The notes below the pieces were generated by a model, which was not told the origin of the DNA, ran no database searches, and saw only the letters and a program-made list of their open reading frames with translations. From Octopus bimaculoides (Eukaryota), in the NCBI RefSeq assembly GCF_001194135.2, contig NC_068982.1, positions 124,649,560 to 124,696,439 on the forward strand: a DNA stretch of 46,880 nucleotides, written 5' to 3'. A program made the translations under genes and the position numbers. Below, one piece after another: positions 23,836 through 35,711 of the stretch. Each line of letters opens with the position of its first letter. Position 1 is the stretch's first letter.

Positions 23836-24617
23836 CTGTAAATCCTCAAGTATAATCCACATTTTTTTCCCTAAATTTAAAGGTCAAAATCCCTAGTGCG
23901 TACTATATACGAGGTTAAAAATAAAAAATATTTTCTAAGCAATGCCCGAGTCTCTATTTGCTGTCCGGCAATGTTTATTCAGATGCATTTTCTGATGTCA
24001 GGTGCGAAAATACCTTGAAAACAATGCAGTCATAAAAGAATCATCCATAATTTGCAGTAAGCAACATTAATAAAATAAAAGTGTTGTATATCATCTGCAC
24101 TGGATGGTACTCAGAATGACGTTGTATGGAAAGATGAAATAAATGAAAGTGAATCTTCTGATGTTGACTATGAATTTGACGATGACGGAGATTTACACTA
24201 CAATGATGCTGACATGTTTATGGAGGAACAAATGGAACAGTTATTTGATGCTGAAAGTGACATTGAATTTGAAGGATTTGAATAAATGTTTTTGCTTTTG
24301 CAACTGATAATGATAAATATGTAAAGGCAATTTACTTAATATTTATGTTTCACTGACGTTATTACTGTTATTTCTTTATTTTCTGCAAACAAAGTGCACA
24401 AAAAAGCTACACGTTTGCATTATGTTATATATACAATTATAATAAAGGACATTACCGTATATATGTTTACAAACCAAGAACTTTATACAGACCTCCTTGA
24501 CTCAAGTTAGAGAAGGGGTGCGTATTATACACAAGGTTTAGGTTTTTCAAAGGTACAGCCGCCTAAAAATCCCCTGCGTATTATACTCAAGGGTGGACTA
24601 TACTCGAGGATTTACGG
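23836..24617 (+). mobile_element. Internally deleted pogo/Tigger-type DNA transposon with TIRs and TA TSD
   Basis: TIRs ta|ctgtaaatcctcaagtataatccac and gtggactatactcgaggatttacgg|ta differ at only three positions, all transitions. Confidence 0.9.
24079..24285 (+). pseudogene. pogo-family transposase C-terminal remnant
   Basis: KCCISSALDGTQNDVVWKDE...FDAESDIEFEGFE* matches the KKCxISNALDGxEDD motif and the acidic FEGF tail of pogo transposases. Confidence 0.8.
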
Positions 24618-24619
24618 TA

Positions 24620-25600
24620 AATACTACAGGGTGAATCAGTTGACAAATAAGGAAATAAACATTTAAATCTGATTGGACTGGCGGTTCTCATACTTTTAAA
24701 ATCGGTGGAGTTTGTTGTATGAGTCGATTAACCGTTGGTGTAAACGTTATAAATGAGTAAAAGAAAGTTGAGTAAATGAAGCGTTATGTCTTGGTAAGGC
24801 AATATAGTCATTAAAAGCTCGGTTTTTTCCAGTAGAAACAATGCAAAAATCATTTTAAAACGCAAGTGTATAGTTAAGGTAAAATCACATTAAAATGAAA
24901 TAGAGAACAAGCAAACGAGCAGAGAAATTAGTTAGATGAGAGGGGTTAGAGGTAAGAAAGGGAAAGAGAGTGAAAAGGAATATCTGCATGAAAATTAGTG
25001 GGAAGAAGAAAAGAGAGAGTGAGAGAGATTAAGAGAACAATTGAGAGGATGAAAACTTAAAAGCATCTTCATATTCACATGAGGTAGAGACGGATATTAA
25101 CAAAATTATATGGTTACATGAAAAAACTTAAGTATGTATATGCAACAAAAAAACAATAGTGTATCTATGGCTGCGGTGACGGGTCTGTCCTCCCCCAGGT
25201 GACGCTACTATGGGGTTGGCATTTCTGGATTTGCTGTGTAAGCCTGTGTTGGCTTGGGGGCCCGAGAGTGGCGGAAAATTCATGAACGACCCTGGGCAGC
25301 ATATAATTTTGCTATGTCATTGCACAAACATACTTCGATACTAATTAATTCCACTCCACCATCATTCGCCCCTCCTACAAAAATAAATAAATAAATAAAT
25401 AAATAACCATCGTGAAATATATACGTAAGGAAAGGGTGTGCAGAGATGTAGCCAGTGAAGCAACACAGATGGGTAACGGAAGATGTGGGCGGAAGTGCGG
25501 GGGTAAACATGGTGAATGATGTAAGTGGAGAAATTTGGTGGGGCGGAGGTAAGACAATACAGTAGCTGCATGGTTGTGATTAATTTTTTTTCTGCGTAGT
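24620..25600. promoter_or_regulatory. CpG-rich promoter-like region
   Basis: About 27 CG in 1 kb versus about 13 in the adjacent 3.4 kb (manual count). ATTGG at about 24672, ETS-like CGGAAGT and GGGCGG boxes at about 25487-25547. Confidence 0.4.
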
Positions 25601-25859
25601 AAGACACAAAAACGAGTCAAAATTAAAGGACGAACATGATATAAAATGATAAGAAGGCGCATGAGGAAATGTAAGGAAATGAAGAATTTAGAACTGAAGA
25701 AATGATCTTTTGTAAGAGTCATATGTAAAATATAAAGGAGGAGTTGTGAAAAAGTTATTTTAAAAAGTTCTGTAAAAGTTATGCAAAGTTTGCATAAAGA
25801 TCAAAATGGCTGATCGAATTCGGAAAAATTCAACAAAGTTCCAACACATTCTAAATAAT

Positions 25860-26012
25860 AATAATGGTTTCAAATTTTGGAGCAAGGTTAGCGATTTCGG
25901 GAGGGGAAGTCGATTACATTGACCACAGTGCCCAACTGGTATTTTTTCTATCAAACCTAAAAGGATGAAAAGCAAAGTCGACCACGGTGGTATTTGAACT
26001 CAGAACGTAAAG
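25860..26012 (-). mobile_element. SINE family 2
   Basis: aaaaggatgaaaagcaaagtcgaccacggtggtatttgaactcagaacg. Confidence 0.85.
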
Positions 26013-26019
26013 TTGGAAG

Positions 26020-26176
26020 AAATCTAATCAGTTTGTGCCAGTCACGAGGCCAAACATCCCTGAAAGTTTCATCCGAATCCATCCAACGGTTCTTGAGATA
26101 TCTTGCCCACGGACAAACAAATAAACAAACACGACTGAAAACAATACCTCCGACTTATCGAAGGCGGGGGTAATAA
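26020..26176 (-). mobile_element. 5' part of a second HINE-like element
   Basis: Reverse complement of about 22380-22530. Confidence 0.8.
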
Positions 26177-26184
26177 TAATAATA

Positions 26185-27125
26185 CAGAAATATGAGTAAA
26201 AAGATAAGCAATGGGGAAGAAGCAGGACCTGATGGTGTACAAGGATTTTGGATAAAAAAAGTTCTGTTGTTGCCATAGCAGAGCAATTTAATATATTGAT
26301 CAAGGAGAAGATGAAATCCCGGGCTGGTTGACAAAAGGACGAACGGTTTTGTGCCTGGAGGATACATCAAAGGGAAATGCTGCTGACAATTACAGACGAA
26401 TTTCTTGCCTCCCATTAATGTGGAAGTTACTGTCAGGAGGAATTGCAGAAAAAACTGTATAATTTCCTGGGTGAGAATAATATATTACTGCCCGAACAAA
26501 AAGACTCTAGAAGGAGATCTAGAGGTACCAAAGATCAACTACTGATAGACAAAACGTTAATGCAAGATTGTAAACGAAGGAGAACAAATCTGGGAATGGC
26601 CTGGATGGACTATTGCATAGCTTATGATATGATTCCACATTCATGGATCATCAAGTGCTTAGATCTGTTTGGAATTGTGAGCAATGTAACATGTTTCCTG
26701 AAGAGAAGTATGGTGGGGGTGGAAAACTGAACTGACATCTTACGGAAAAAGCTTGGGCACCCTGGGTATCAGAAGAGGGATTTTCCAGGGTGATAGCTTA
26801 TCACTTGTACCCCTGACCTTGGTACTTAGGAAAATGAACCTGGGGTACCAACTAAAGGGAAAATCCCAAACAATCAACCACCTCTTTATGGATTATTTGA
26901 AGCTGTATGGCAAAGATGAGACCCAAATGAGTTCCTTGGTGAACACGGTCCACTGTTTTAGTACTGATATTAGAATGGAATTTGAACTCAAGAAGTGCGA
27001 AATAATCTACCTAAAAGGAGGCAAGGTACAGTCCCTAGCAGGGATAGAATTACTGAATAGAGACCTGATTAAACAAATTGAAACGGAAGGATACAAATAC
27101 CTTGGTGTACTAGAATTACTGAATA

Positions 27126-27127
<2 letters not shown>
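26185..27127 (+). mobile_element. R4/Dong-like non-LTR retrotransposon RT fragment (frameshifted)
   Basis: [93 protein letters not shown] and YKYLGVLE. Confidence 0.9.
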
Positions 27128-27183
<56 letters not shown>

Positions 27184-27284
27184 TATATACATATATACGA
27201 CAGTCTTTCAGTTTTCGTGTACAAAATCCAATCACAAAACTGAATCTTACATTACAATAGAGATGCTATTGTTTCACTTTTGAC

Positions 27285-27496
27285 ACGTAATACTGAAATA
27301 GTGTAAGAGGTAAGAGATTGCTTCGGGCTTGCATTAGGCAAGAAGTTGAAAATTCTTTTGGCCCATCACACTGCATGGATCTTAAGTAAGGCATGTGTAA
27401 AATTTGAATGAAATCGGTTGGGTAGATCTTGAGTTTTAGTGATGCGCATATACAGAGACACAGACAGGCAGGCAGACAGACACACATTCTCAGTTT

Positions 27497-27500
<4 letters not shown>
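27285..27500 (-). mobile_element. Helitron-like non-autonomous element, 5' portion
   Basis: Minus strand reads tataaaactgagaatgtgtgtctgtctg...caaccgatttcattcaaatttt, the typical 5' end plus (GTCT)n layout of non-autonomous Helitrons. Confidence 0.55.
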
Positions 27501-27558
<58 letters not shown>

Positions 27559-27613
27559 CACATATATATATATGTATATTTATATGTACATATTTGTATC
27601 TGCGTATGTATAC

Positions 27614-27669
<56 letters not shown>

Positions 27670-28574
27670 TACAAGAAACTATATATGAGATGAATAAGTT
27701 TTTATATGTTAACGTTTATTTTTTTCCTATGCTGTGCTTACATATTCTTCGTTTACTACTCTATTCTTGTCTTCTTTTTATCTTTTTTTTTTAATCTCTG
27801 TCGTTTTCTTCCTGTCTCTTCTATTTCCGGGTTCCTCTTTTTAATTCTTTCAACCACTGTCGACCGCCTCTCATTGCTGATTCAGACGTACGCACTTTCG
27901 CTGATAGATGCAGGTTTGCGGTTTGCACAAGAGAGAAAAAGATATAAATATATAGTGAAAAGAGCCAGATGTTTGCTTGCATGAAATATGATATTGAAAA
28001 CCTTGATATATCTCTAGGGAGAAAGAAAACATCTAACATCTATGGCCTCGGAAATAAAGTTGGGTTTTTAAAGCAGGATATGACTGATTTACATAACATT
28101 AAGAGAGTAAGAAATATATATGTAAAGCCTTGCAGCATAACTATATCTGTTTCACACCCATTTAGTATTTCTTCTTTTTGTTTCATTTTTGATCACTGAT
28201 ACATTACATTATTTTCATTACACACTTTTTATAATTGACTGCTACAGACGGGCTAAAAATAGGAACGGTATTTGCGAAATTCTTTTAGGTCATTCAACTA
28301 TTCATAATAGTGTGTCGATGATTCACAAATGCATCGACTAATTTGTCTGATATAGATCAGTTCTTAATTAATATTACGATATTACTCTTTGATCTAGTAA
28401 TATTATAATATCAAGAGCTGATTACATCAGTCGAAAGTTCTTTGACTTCATTTATTGGTATGAAACCAAATATTTGCGGCTTGTTTCAATTGATTGAATT
28501 TACTCCAAGACGTACCTGTTACGTATTTTAAATGATTCGAACGATATGGAAGATACAATTGATCAGATTTCAAC

Positions 28575-28760
28575 CTTTATCTTTTCATTTACTTGTTTCA
28601 GTCACTGGACTGCGGCCAAGCCGGGGCACTGACCTGAAAAGTTAGTCGAACAAATCGACTCCACTACTTGTATTTTAAAGTCTGGTGCATGTGCTACCGA
28701 TCTCTTTTGCCGAGCTGCTAAGTTACGGTGACGTAAGGAAACCAGCACCGATTTTCAAGC
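28575..28760 (-). mobile_element. SINE family 1, 3' half
   Basis: ttcagtcactggactgcggcc...gctaagttacggtgacgtaa. Confidence 0.85.
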
Positions 28761-28764
28761 AGAG

Positions 28765-29020
28765 GTTGTGAGTTCGAATCCCGGACCGGGCTGCGTGTTG
28801 TGTTCTTGAGCAAGACACTTTATTTCACGTTGCTCCAGTTCACTTTGCTGTAGAAATGAGTTGCGACGTCACTGGTGCCAAGTTGTATCGGCCTTTGCCT
28901 TTCCCTTGGATAATACTGGTGGCGTGGAGAGGGGAGGCTGGTATGCATGGATGACTGCTGGTCTTCCATAAACAACCTTGCCCGGACTTGTGCCTGGGAG
29001 GGTGACTTTCTAGGTGCAAT
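28765..29020 (+). mobile_element. tRNA-derived SINE family 5
   Basis: B box gagttcgaatccc followed by tgttgtgttcttgagcaagacact. Reverse-complement match to 41470-41805. Confidence 0.9.
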
Positions 29021-29422
29021 NNNNNNNNNNNNNNNNNNNNNNNNNNNNNNNNNNNNNNNNNNNNNNNNNNNNNNNNNNNNNNNNNNNNNNNNNNNNNNNN
29101 NNNNNNNNNNNNNNNNNNNNNNNNNNNNNNNNNNNNNNNNNNNNNNNNNNNNNNNNNNNNNNNNNNNNNNNNNNNNNNNNNNNNNNNNNNNNNNNNNNNN
29201 NNNNNNNNNNNNNNNNNNNNNNNNNNNNNNNNNNNNNNNNNNNNNNNNNNNNNNNNNNNNNNNNNNNNNNNNNNNNNNNNNNNNNNNNNNNNNNNNNNNN
29301 NNNNNNNNNNNNNNNNNNNNNNNNNNNNNNNNNNNNNNNNNNNNNNNNNNNNNNNNNNNNNNNNNNNNNNNNNNNNNNNNNNNNNNNNNNNNNNNNNNNN
29401 NNNNNNNNNNNNNNNNNNNNNN

Positions 29423-29459
<37 letters not shown>

Positions 29460-29620
29460 TATACAACGGGTTTCTCTCTATCAAATTCACTCATAAGTCA
29501 TTGGTCGGCCCGAGGTTATAGTAAAAGACACTTGGACAAGGTGCTGTTCAGTAGGACTGAACCAGAAACCACATTGTTGTAAAGCGAGCTTCTTAACCAG
29601 ACAAGCATACCTACGCCTAT
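29460..29620 (-). mobile_element. SINE family 1, 5' half
   Basis: ttggtcggcccgaggttatagtaaaagacacttggacaaggtg. Confidence 0.85.
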
Positions 29621-30389
29621 AGCCATGTCTAGGTTATGTTTGATTACAACACAATAATACATTTAGTTGGCGTTTCATTGTTCCTTCCGCATTATCCTAC
29701 TAGTATTTATGAAGAGATGTGGATTGTGAACGGAGCGGGGCAATGTAATCTCGAGCAAGTCACCTGCTTTTATATTTCTACAATGAGTACCAGCCGAGTT
29801 CTGGTGATGCAACCATCTCACACTCCAGCCGTCACGTCCTGGATATTCCGCTAGTTCAAGGATGAGGTACCTAGAAGGTGTTTATGCTTGTCCGTGACAT
29901 CTAAAAGAATTAGCGAAAAACTAGTACATGCTATCTGGTCATATTCACTTGCGAATGACAGTTATGGTTGAAAGAAAGGACCCTAGTGTTATTGGTATCA
30001 ATAAACGAGTGCAGACATAGTTATGAGCTTAAAAGTTCTTTTCGTAACCACATGATATCGGGATATATACCACTTTGCAGCCTTGTGTTAAGATTATGGT
30101 AGAAGACAGTTGCACTGACAAGGCAATGCCTTGCGAGCTAGTGGAATTTGGCAGACTATGTATGTATACATATATACGTGTATATATGTGTGTGCGAGCG
30201 TGTGTGTGTTTGTTTGTCTGTTTGTGTGTGTGTATGTGTGCATGTTATGTATGTGAATATGCATGCTATGTATGTATCCATGAGAGTGAATTTGATATCT
30301 TCAACCTTACACCAATGAAAGATGTGAACATTGACAAAAATCCGGTGAATTTACCGAATTGCAGACGTTTCCTTGGTCTAGTCCTTAAG

Positions 30390-30660
30390 CATTGTAAAAT
30401 ATATTTACTCGAATCTTCTTTACTCCCTACGGATCATAGGCTATCGACGACTTTTCTCTACTGTTCTCGACTCTGAGTTGTCTTTTTTGCTTCTCTCCAA
30501 TTAGATTCCTGCTTTTTCAGCTCTACCTGAGTAACCTGCTTCCAGCTGTTTTTAGAACGCCCTCTATCCCGCAATTCCGCCTCTCTCGTGGGCGTATGTT
30601 TCTTCGAGGAGAAGGCTTCCCTCTCTCAGGTCTTGTTGGTTTTTAATTGTCATCGAAGCT
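30390..30660 (-). mobile_element. RTE LINE 3' end remnant
   Basis: GRSKNSWKQVTQVELKKQESNWREAKKTTQSREQ*RKVVDSL matches the RTE C-terminal GRPKxTW...AQxRxxWR motif. Confidence 0.7.
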
Positions 30661-32469
30661 TCTGTAACTTAGCTGTTTTTCTTGATAGAAGTACTGACCC
30701 TACACAAACCCATCTCTACCTCTGGAAAAATATGCTCCATATTATTCTGGCCTCTATCTTTTAACCTTCCATCATGGAAGGCCGTACAAGGAGCTCGTGC
30801 TCCACTGGCATAACTCTCAGATTATTGAAGCATACAAGCCACAACAAGGACTGGACCTTTTTGTGGATTGTAAAATATATTTGACTGCAAAATACTTTCA
30901 AGGGAGTCAACTATGATTGTGTGTAGTCAACTAAGAAGATTGTGAAAGGAAAACTTTTACTTGTATGATCAAATCAATAAGTTTTTCAAGCTTGGAAATT
31001 TCTCTGAAAATTGATGTCAAGGTGATATCAATTTAAGTTAAATGACACAAAGGGTTTATATGGTATTAAGCAGCTGCCAATGAAGATTAACAGAAGTAAA
31101 GAAAAAGATAAATGTATATCATAATCTGTCATAAGATTGTTATAAATCGCAATTGGCAGGCAACATGGATAGGTGCATTAGTATCATTGATATGGATTAT
31201 CTGGAAATTATTGGATTACTCTCAGACACACCGATGTTGGTTGATAATAATCGAATATTGTTGCAAGCTGAGAAATAAATGCAGTTCGCTTAGATTTATC
31301 TATAATTTGATCTTTTACCGAGATAAAGCGTCTCGAGTCAGTTTTCTTAGTATGATTAAACACTTATATATAACACAAGATGAATACATTAAAATTTCAC
31401 GCTGTCATTGGGTTCTTTGGTTTTTGGTAAGATAAACAAGAAATTACTACAAGGAGATTGAGTCTGATAAAATGTCACTGACTCCTATCTAAGTAGTAAC
31501 TAAGGAAGGTTTTAGTCCCATCTGTGAAACAGAAATTTTTAGTAAATTATTTTAGTTTATCTTGATGAAATTCAAGATTCTTATTTATTTTCATAATCAT
31601 AAAATAGTGAACATGAAAAATAAAAAGAAAAAAATATCTTCAAAACTAACTCATAACGTACGCTAATTTAGTTTATAATTAATTACCAAGAATATGCACA
31701 ATACGGCTAACAGCAGATTATTATATTAGCAAATGTATAACTTAAAGTTTCTTGTGTAAAAATTATGATTTACAATATTTATATTAAAACAATAACAAAG
31801 AAATATCCAAGGGAAAAATATTAAAAAGTAAAGATATAAAAAGTATAAAAATGGGAATTATTCAAAATACAGAAAATGGAAACAAACTGTTCGTTACAAT
31901 GTGTGGGGTGGGGTGGAGAGAGGCATAGTGTGAGTTTTACAAATTCCTCTCATATTTTCCTCTTTAATTTCTTTTACTTCGTAAATTACTTTTACAATTG
32001 TTTATATATACCAACATATTACTTTCTCAATTGTTTAGATATTAGTTTCTCGTTTGTGAATATTTTTAGGGCAAATCACTTTCTAAAATTTTCATTTCCT
32101 CTGATTTCCAACGATTACTTGACAACTACTTCATTAAATTAATACCATGTTCTATACCGGTTTCAGAAAAGAATAAACCCATGTAAATTAGTTGAACACT
32201 TTTATAACAGCTCAGCATTACAAAATAGAGGAATCACCTCTTTTAATGAAATCATACGAGATGACTCATGTCAGCCAGTTTAGTTTTCGATTACGTAACT
32301 GCGTTCTGTCATGGTGGAGCACCATGTCACAGAGGCCTGTAAAGGACTGGTGTTGACAGGAAAACCAGCTGTTACATATCAAATCAGAAAATTTCAGTCA
32401 AATTGTTTTATCTTCAAACACTAGCCAAGTCTATGTCAATCAATCTATGTTGCTTGCTTTTGTGTATAG

Positions 32470-32501
32470 CCATGGGCAAGAGCAACACCAATGAAGTTTT
32501 T
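32470..32501 (+). CDS. Candidate micro-exon (MGKSNTNEVF)
   Basis: Acceptor ttgcttttgtgtatag|, ccATGg context, donor |gtaagg. Only 32 nt, so it could be chance. Confidence 0.2.
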
Positions 32502-33131
32502 GTAAGGCTTCTGAAATTAGTGATGAGGGAAGAAGAAAGAAACTTTACCTCGTGGTTCATCGAGTTATCCTCAGACTAGAGATTTGTTCTGAACTTTTGA
32601 AATCGAATGAATTATCTCACAATCCAAGTGATAGTTTTAAACTTAGCAATAGATTAAGCTTCTTGATTTTGAATATTGATTCTAAACGGTAATCCTTTCA
32701 GCAACTCTTTTGATTACAGTGTCAACACTTTCCTTAAGTGTCCATTCCATATTTCTGTTTCATATATTTAAAAATATTTCTCCCTTAAAGAGCACCCTCA
32801 CTTAAAAAGAGCCTAATTCGACTTATCCAAGTATAACAGCGTTTCTAGTACCATTGGTTAAATAATACTTAAATTCTCTTCGCTGTAAATTGTCAGTAAT
32901 ATGTTTTGTGTCACATTATAAAGTTGCTATCCCGAAAATAATCATTGAAAAACATTATTTACTTATGTCGAAAGTATATTGAGAAAATGATGTTTAAAGG
33001 ATGTGTCAAAAAATTATGTGTTCGTTTTAAGAGAAAAACAAAATATTTTAGCTTAGATCAAAACCCTATCATATTAGGAAATAGTTCGTTTCTTCCTGTT
33101 GCATGTATCTAGAAACAAACTAGATATAAAC

Positions 33132-33346
33132 AATAAAAAGGAATCTGAAATGACAAACTATAATTCTTATAAAAAGGGATCTGAAATGATAAAATATAAA
33201 TGAATAAAAAGGGATCTGAAATGATAAAATATAAATCTAATAAAAAGGGATCTGAAATGATAAAATGTAATTCTAATAAAAAGGGATCTGAGATGATAAA
33301 ATATAATTCTAATAAAAAGGGACCTGAAATGACAAAATATAAGTCT
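33132..33346. repeat. Six-copy 36-bp minisatellite
   Basis: Unit aataaaaagggatctgaaatgataaaatataattct; one unit is 35 bp. Confidence 0.97.
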
Positions 33347-33356
33347 AATTTTACAG

Positions 33357-33420
33357 AAACGACTGCTGCGGCTGAAGATCGGGCAGTTGAAAACATCTTA
33401 TCTCGAGATCCCCCAACTAT
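33357..33420 (+). CDS. Candidate 64-nt exon (ETTAAAEDRAVENILSRDPPT or KRLLRLKIGQLKTSYLEIPQL)
   Basis: Acceptor tctaattttacag|, donor |gtaaca, local GC rise, two open frames. Confidence 0.4.
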
Positions 33421-33607
33421 GTAACATTTACATTTACAAACCAGAATTATTCCTCTTTAGAATTTCCATTTTATACAAATGCCAGTTTTATTTTACAGTA
33501 AACTGTAGTTATTTAGTTTCCAACATCACCAAATAGAAGTGATCTATTACCTGCGTGTTGCTTATTCTAAAAGGAATTTCTAACTTTAACAACCTTGGAG
33601 GACTTCT

Positions 33608-33773
33608 TATTTCTTTATTTCCCACAAGGGGCTACACACAGAGGGGACAAACAAGGACAGACAAACGGATGAAGTCGATTAGATCAACCCCAGTACACAA
33701 CTGGTACTTAATTTTTCGACCCCGAAAGGATGAAAGGCAAAGTCAACCTCGGCGGAATTTGAACTCAGAACGC
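33608..33773 (-). mobile_element. 5'-truncated SINE family 2 with 13-bp TSD
   Basis: ttggaggacttct at 33595-33607 and 33775-33787. Confidence 0.9.
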
Positions 33774-34660
33774 TTTGGAGGACTTCTGGTATATAAATTC
33801 TTACTTCTTCGGAAACAATTTCTTTATTATGGCATTAGCAAATTATATTTTCTAAATTTTATAACATTGTCATTCTTGGACAAAGCGTTTCTTCATTCAA
33901 CTTATCGTATTTCATCAGCTATAATTAAGATGTATGATTGAGTTCATTTATCATACTCAAAACAATCTGCTGTGGTCAGAGAACGGACGACAAAACGTAG
34001 CTCAGGTTCACCAACATTTAACTATTTTAAGGTGAAATTTCATCTGGGTAATGTCAATTTAATGAATGTGTCCACTGACAAATAAATTATTGATGACATA
34101 AACTCCATAATAAATTACTGCCGGCTTCGTAACTGGTTGTCATTATTTAGTCAAGGTTGAGTTGATGTGAATTTTCATTAGCACTGAAAATCGCCTGCAA
34201 ACCAGTATTTCTAGCACTTTGCAACATAATATATTTTTAGACGCAGTTTATGAAATACCATAATTTTGAAATATAATCTACGTATAGATCTATACATCTA
34301 GCAGCAGCGAATCTTTCAGATATTTGGGTTAGTCTAATTTAGAAATAGTATTTCCCAGATTACATTTAGAAATATTACACTATATAATATATACTCTATC
34401 AAAGAAATTTTGTCTGACTGGAATGACATCATAATAATTAAGTTGCATATTAGCTCTCCCTTCATATATAACTATATAAAATATCAATCTACTTTCGTAA
34501 TTAACTTTTAATTAGATAACTTATTAATAATCACATTCTGAATAGCCCTAAGTCAATATTAGAAATGATATACAGCTATCTGTTGAGTCATGTATGTATG
34601 TATGTATGTATGTATGTATGTATGCATGCATGTATGTATGTATGTATGTATGTATGTATG

Positions 34661-34692
<32 letters not shown>

Positions 34693-34879
34693 AATATATA
34701 TAAAACATCCGTTCCCTCAAAGATGAGAAAAAAACTTACACGCAATGTACCCAGATATTCAATAATTAAAAATGTAAATAAATATATTTAAATATATGCA
34801 TATATATGCATATGTATAAATATATGCAAGGTGAAGTTAGAAACAGTGAAATATTGCGATGATGCAACACGATTACTAT

Positions 34880-35140
34880 CGAAGCTTATCAGATGAAGCT
34901 TCAGTAATGAGGAGAAGGGATCTAGGTTCCAATTAAAGATGAGAGGCTCCCCAAACCACTGCTTCATGGTCAGCTTTGGGGAAGCAAACGCCTTGTAGGT
35001 CGTCTCCTCTTACGTTACAATGATAAGAGTAAGGACGATTTCAAACGTTTTAATATTGGTTTCGACTCTTGGCAAAAACCTTGCTGAAAAACGAAACGAA
35101 TGCAGAACATATTTCGTTTGTTTAAAACGGGTCGATGTGA
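34880..35140 (+). mobile_element. RTE LINE 3' end remnant
   Basis: DERLPKPLLHGQL.GSKRLVGRLLLRYND..KDDFKRFNI matches the RLPKxLLYGEL...GRPxLRYKD motif. Confidence 0.75.
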
Positions 35141-35464
35141 GAAGGCAGAAATGTCGTGTTCGCATTTATGCAAATCTTAAGTAGAGGCACCAACCAGGTC
35201 CTGCATAAAATGATTTCTTTTGTGATGATTGTGGATTCATAGCACACAGCAAGGCAGGGATAGCTTCACACAGTAGAATGTTAAACTTACTCAAGATCTC
35301 CAGTCAACACCATAAAACATCACTCATTATCTAATGCTCAGCTCAAGATCAAAATAAACGAAAATACACACCGCTCATCTGTCGTTTATATGTGTGCGTG
35401 TGCGCGCGCAAACACACAGAGAACAAACGCACGTAAGTGTGCATAAATAAATAAATAAATAAAT

Positions 35465-35711
35465 GCGCCCTTTTAAAGCCTGGCCAGGCTCATGGGCCCG
35501 GTTTCCCGGTTTCAATGGCGTATGTGTTCCCCAGCTGGACGGGACGCCAGTCCATCGCAGCCTTACTCATTTTTGCCAGCTGAGTGGACTGGAGCAACGT
35601 GAAATGAAGTGTTTTGCTCAAGAACACAACGCGTCCCCCGGTCTAGGAATCGAAACCACAATCTTACAATCATGATGCTGATACCCTAACCACTAAGCCA
35701 CGCGCTTCCAC
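35465..35711 (-). mobile_element. tRNA-derived SINE (family 5-related)
   Basis: Minus-strand head gtggaagcgcgtggcttagtggttaggg...ggtttcgattcc. Body tgttcttgagcaaaacacttcatttcacgttgctccag. Confidence 0.88.

Noticed and set aside
29690-29870. Minus-strand open frame YLILELAEYPGRDGWSVRWLHHQ...
   Set aside because: It contains the cggctggtactcatt motif typical of SINE bodies in this window, so it is more likely a decayed repeat than an exon.
33132-33346. Regular repeats as a CRISPR array
   Set aside because: Units are head-to-tail with no unique spacers, the context is eukaryotic and there are no cas genes. The 18064-18490 repeats fail for the same reasons.
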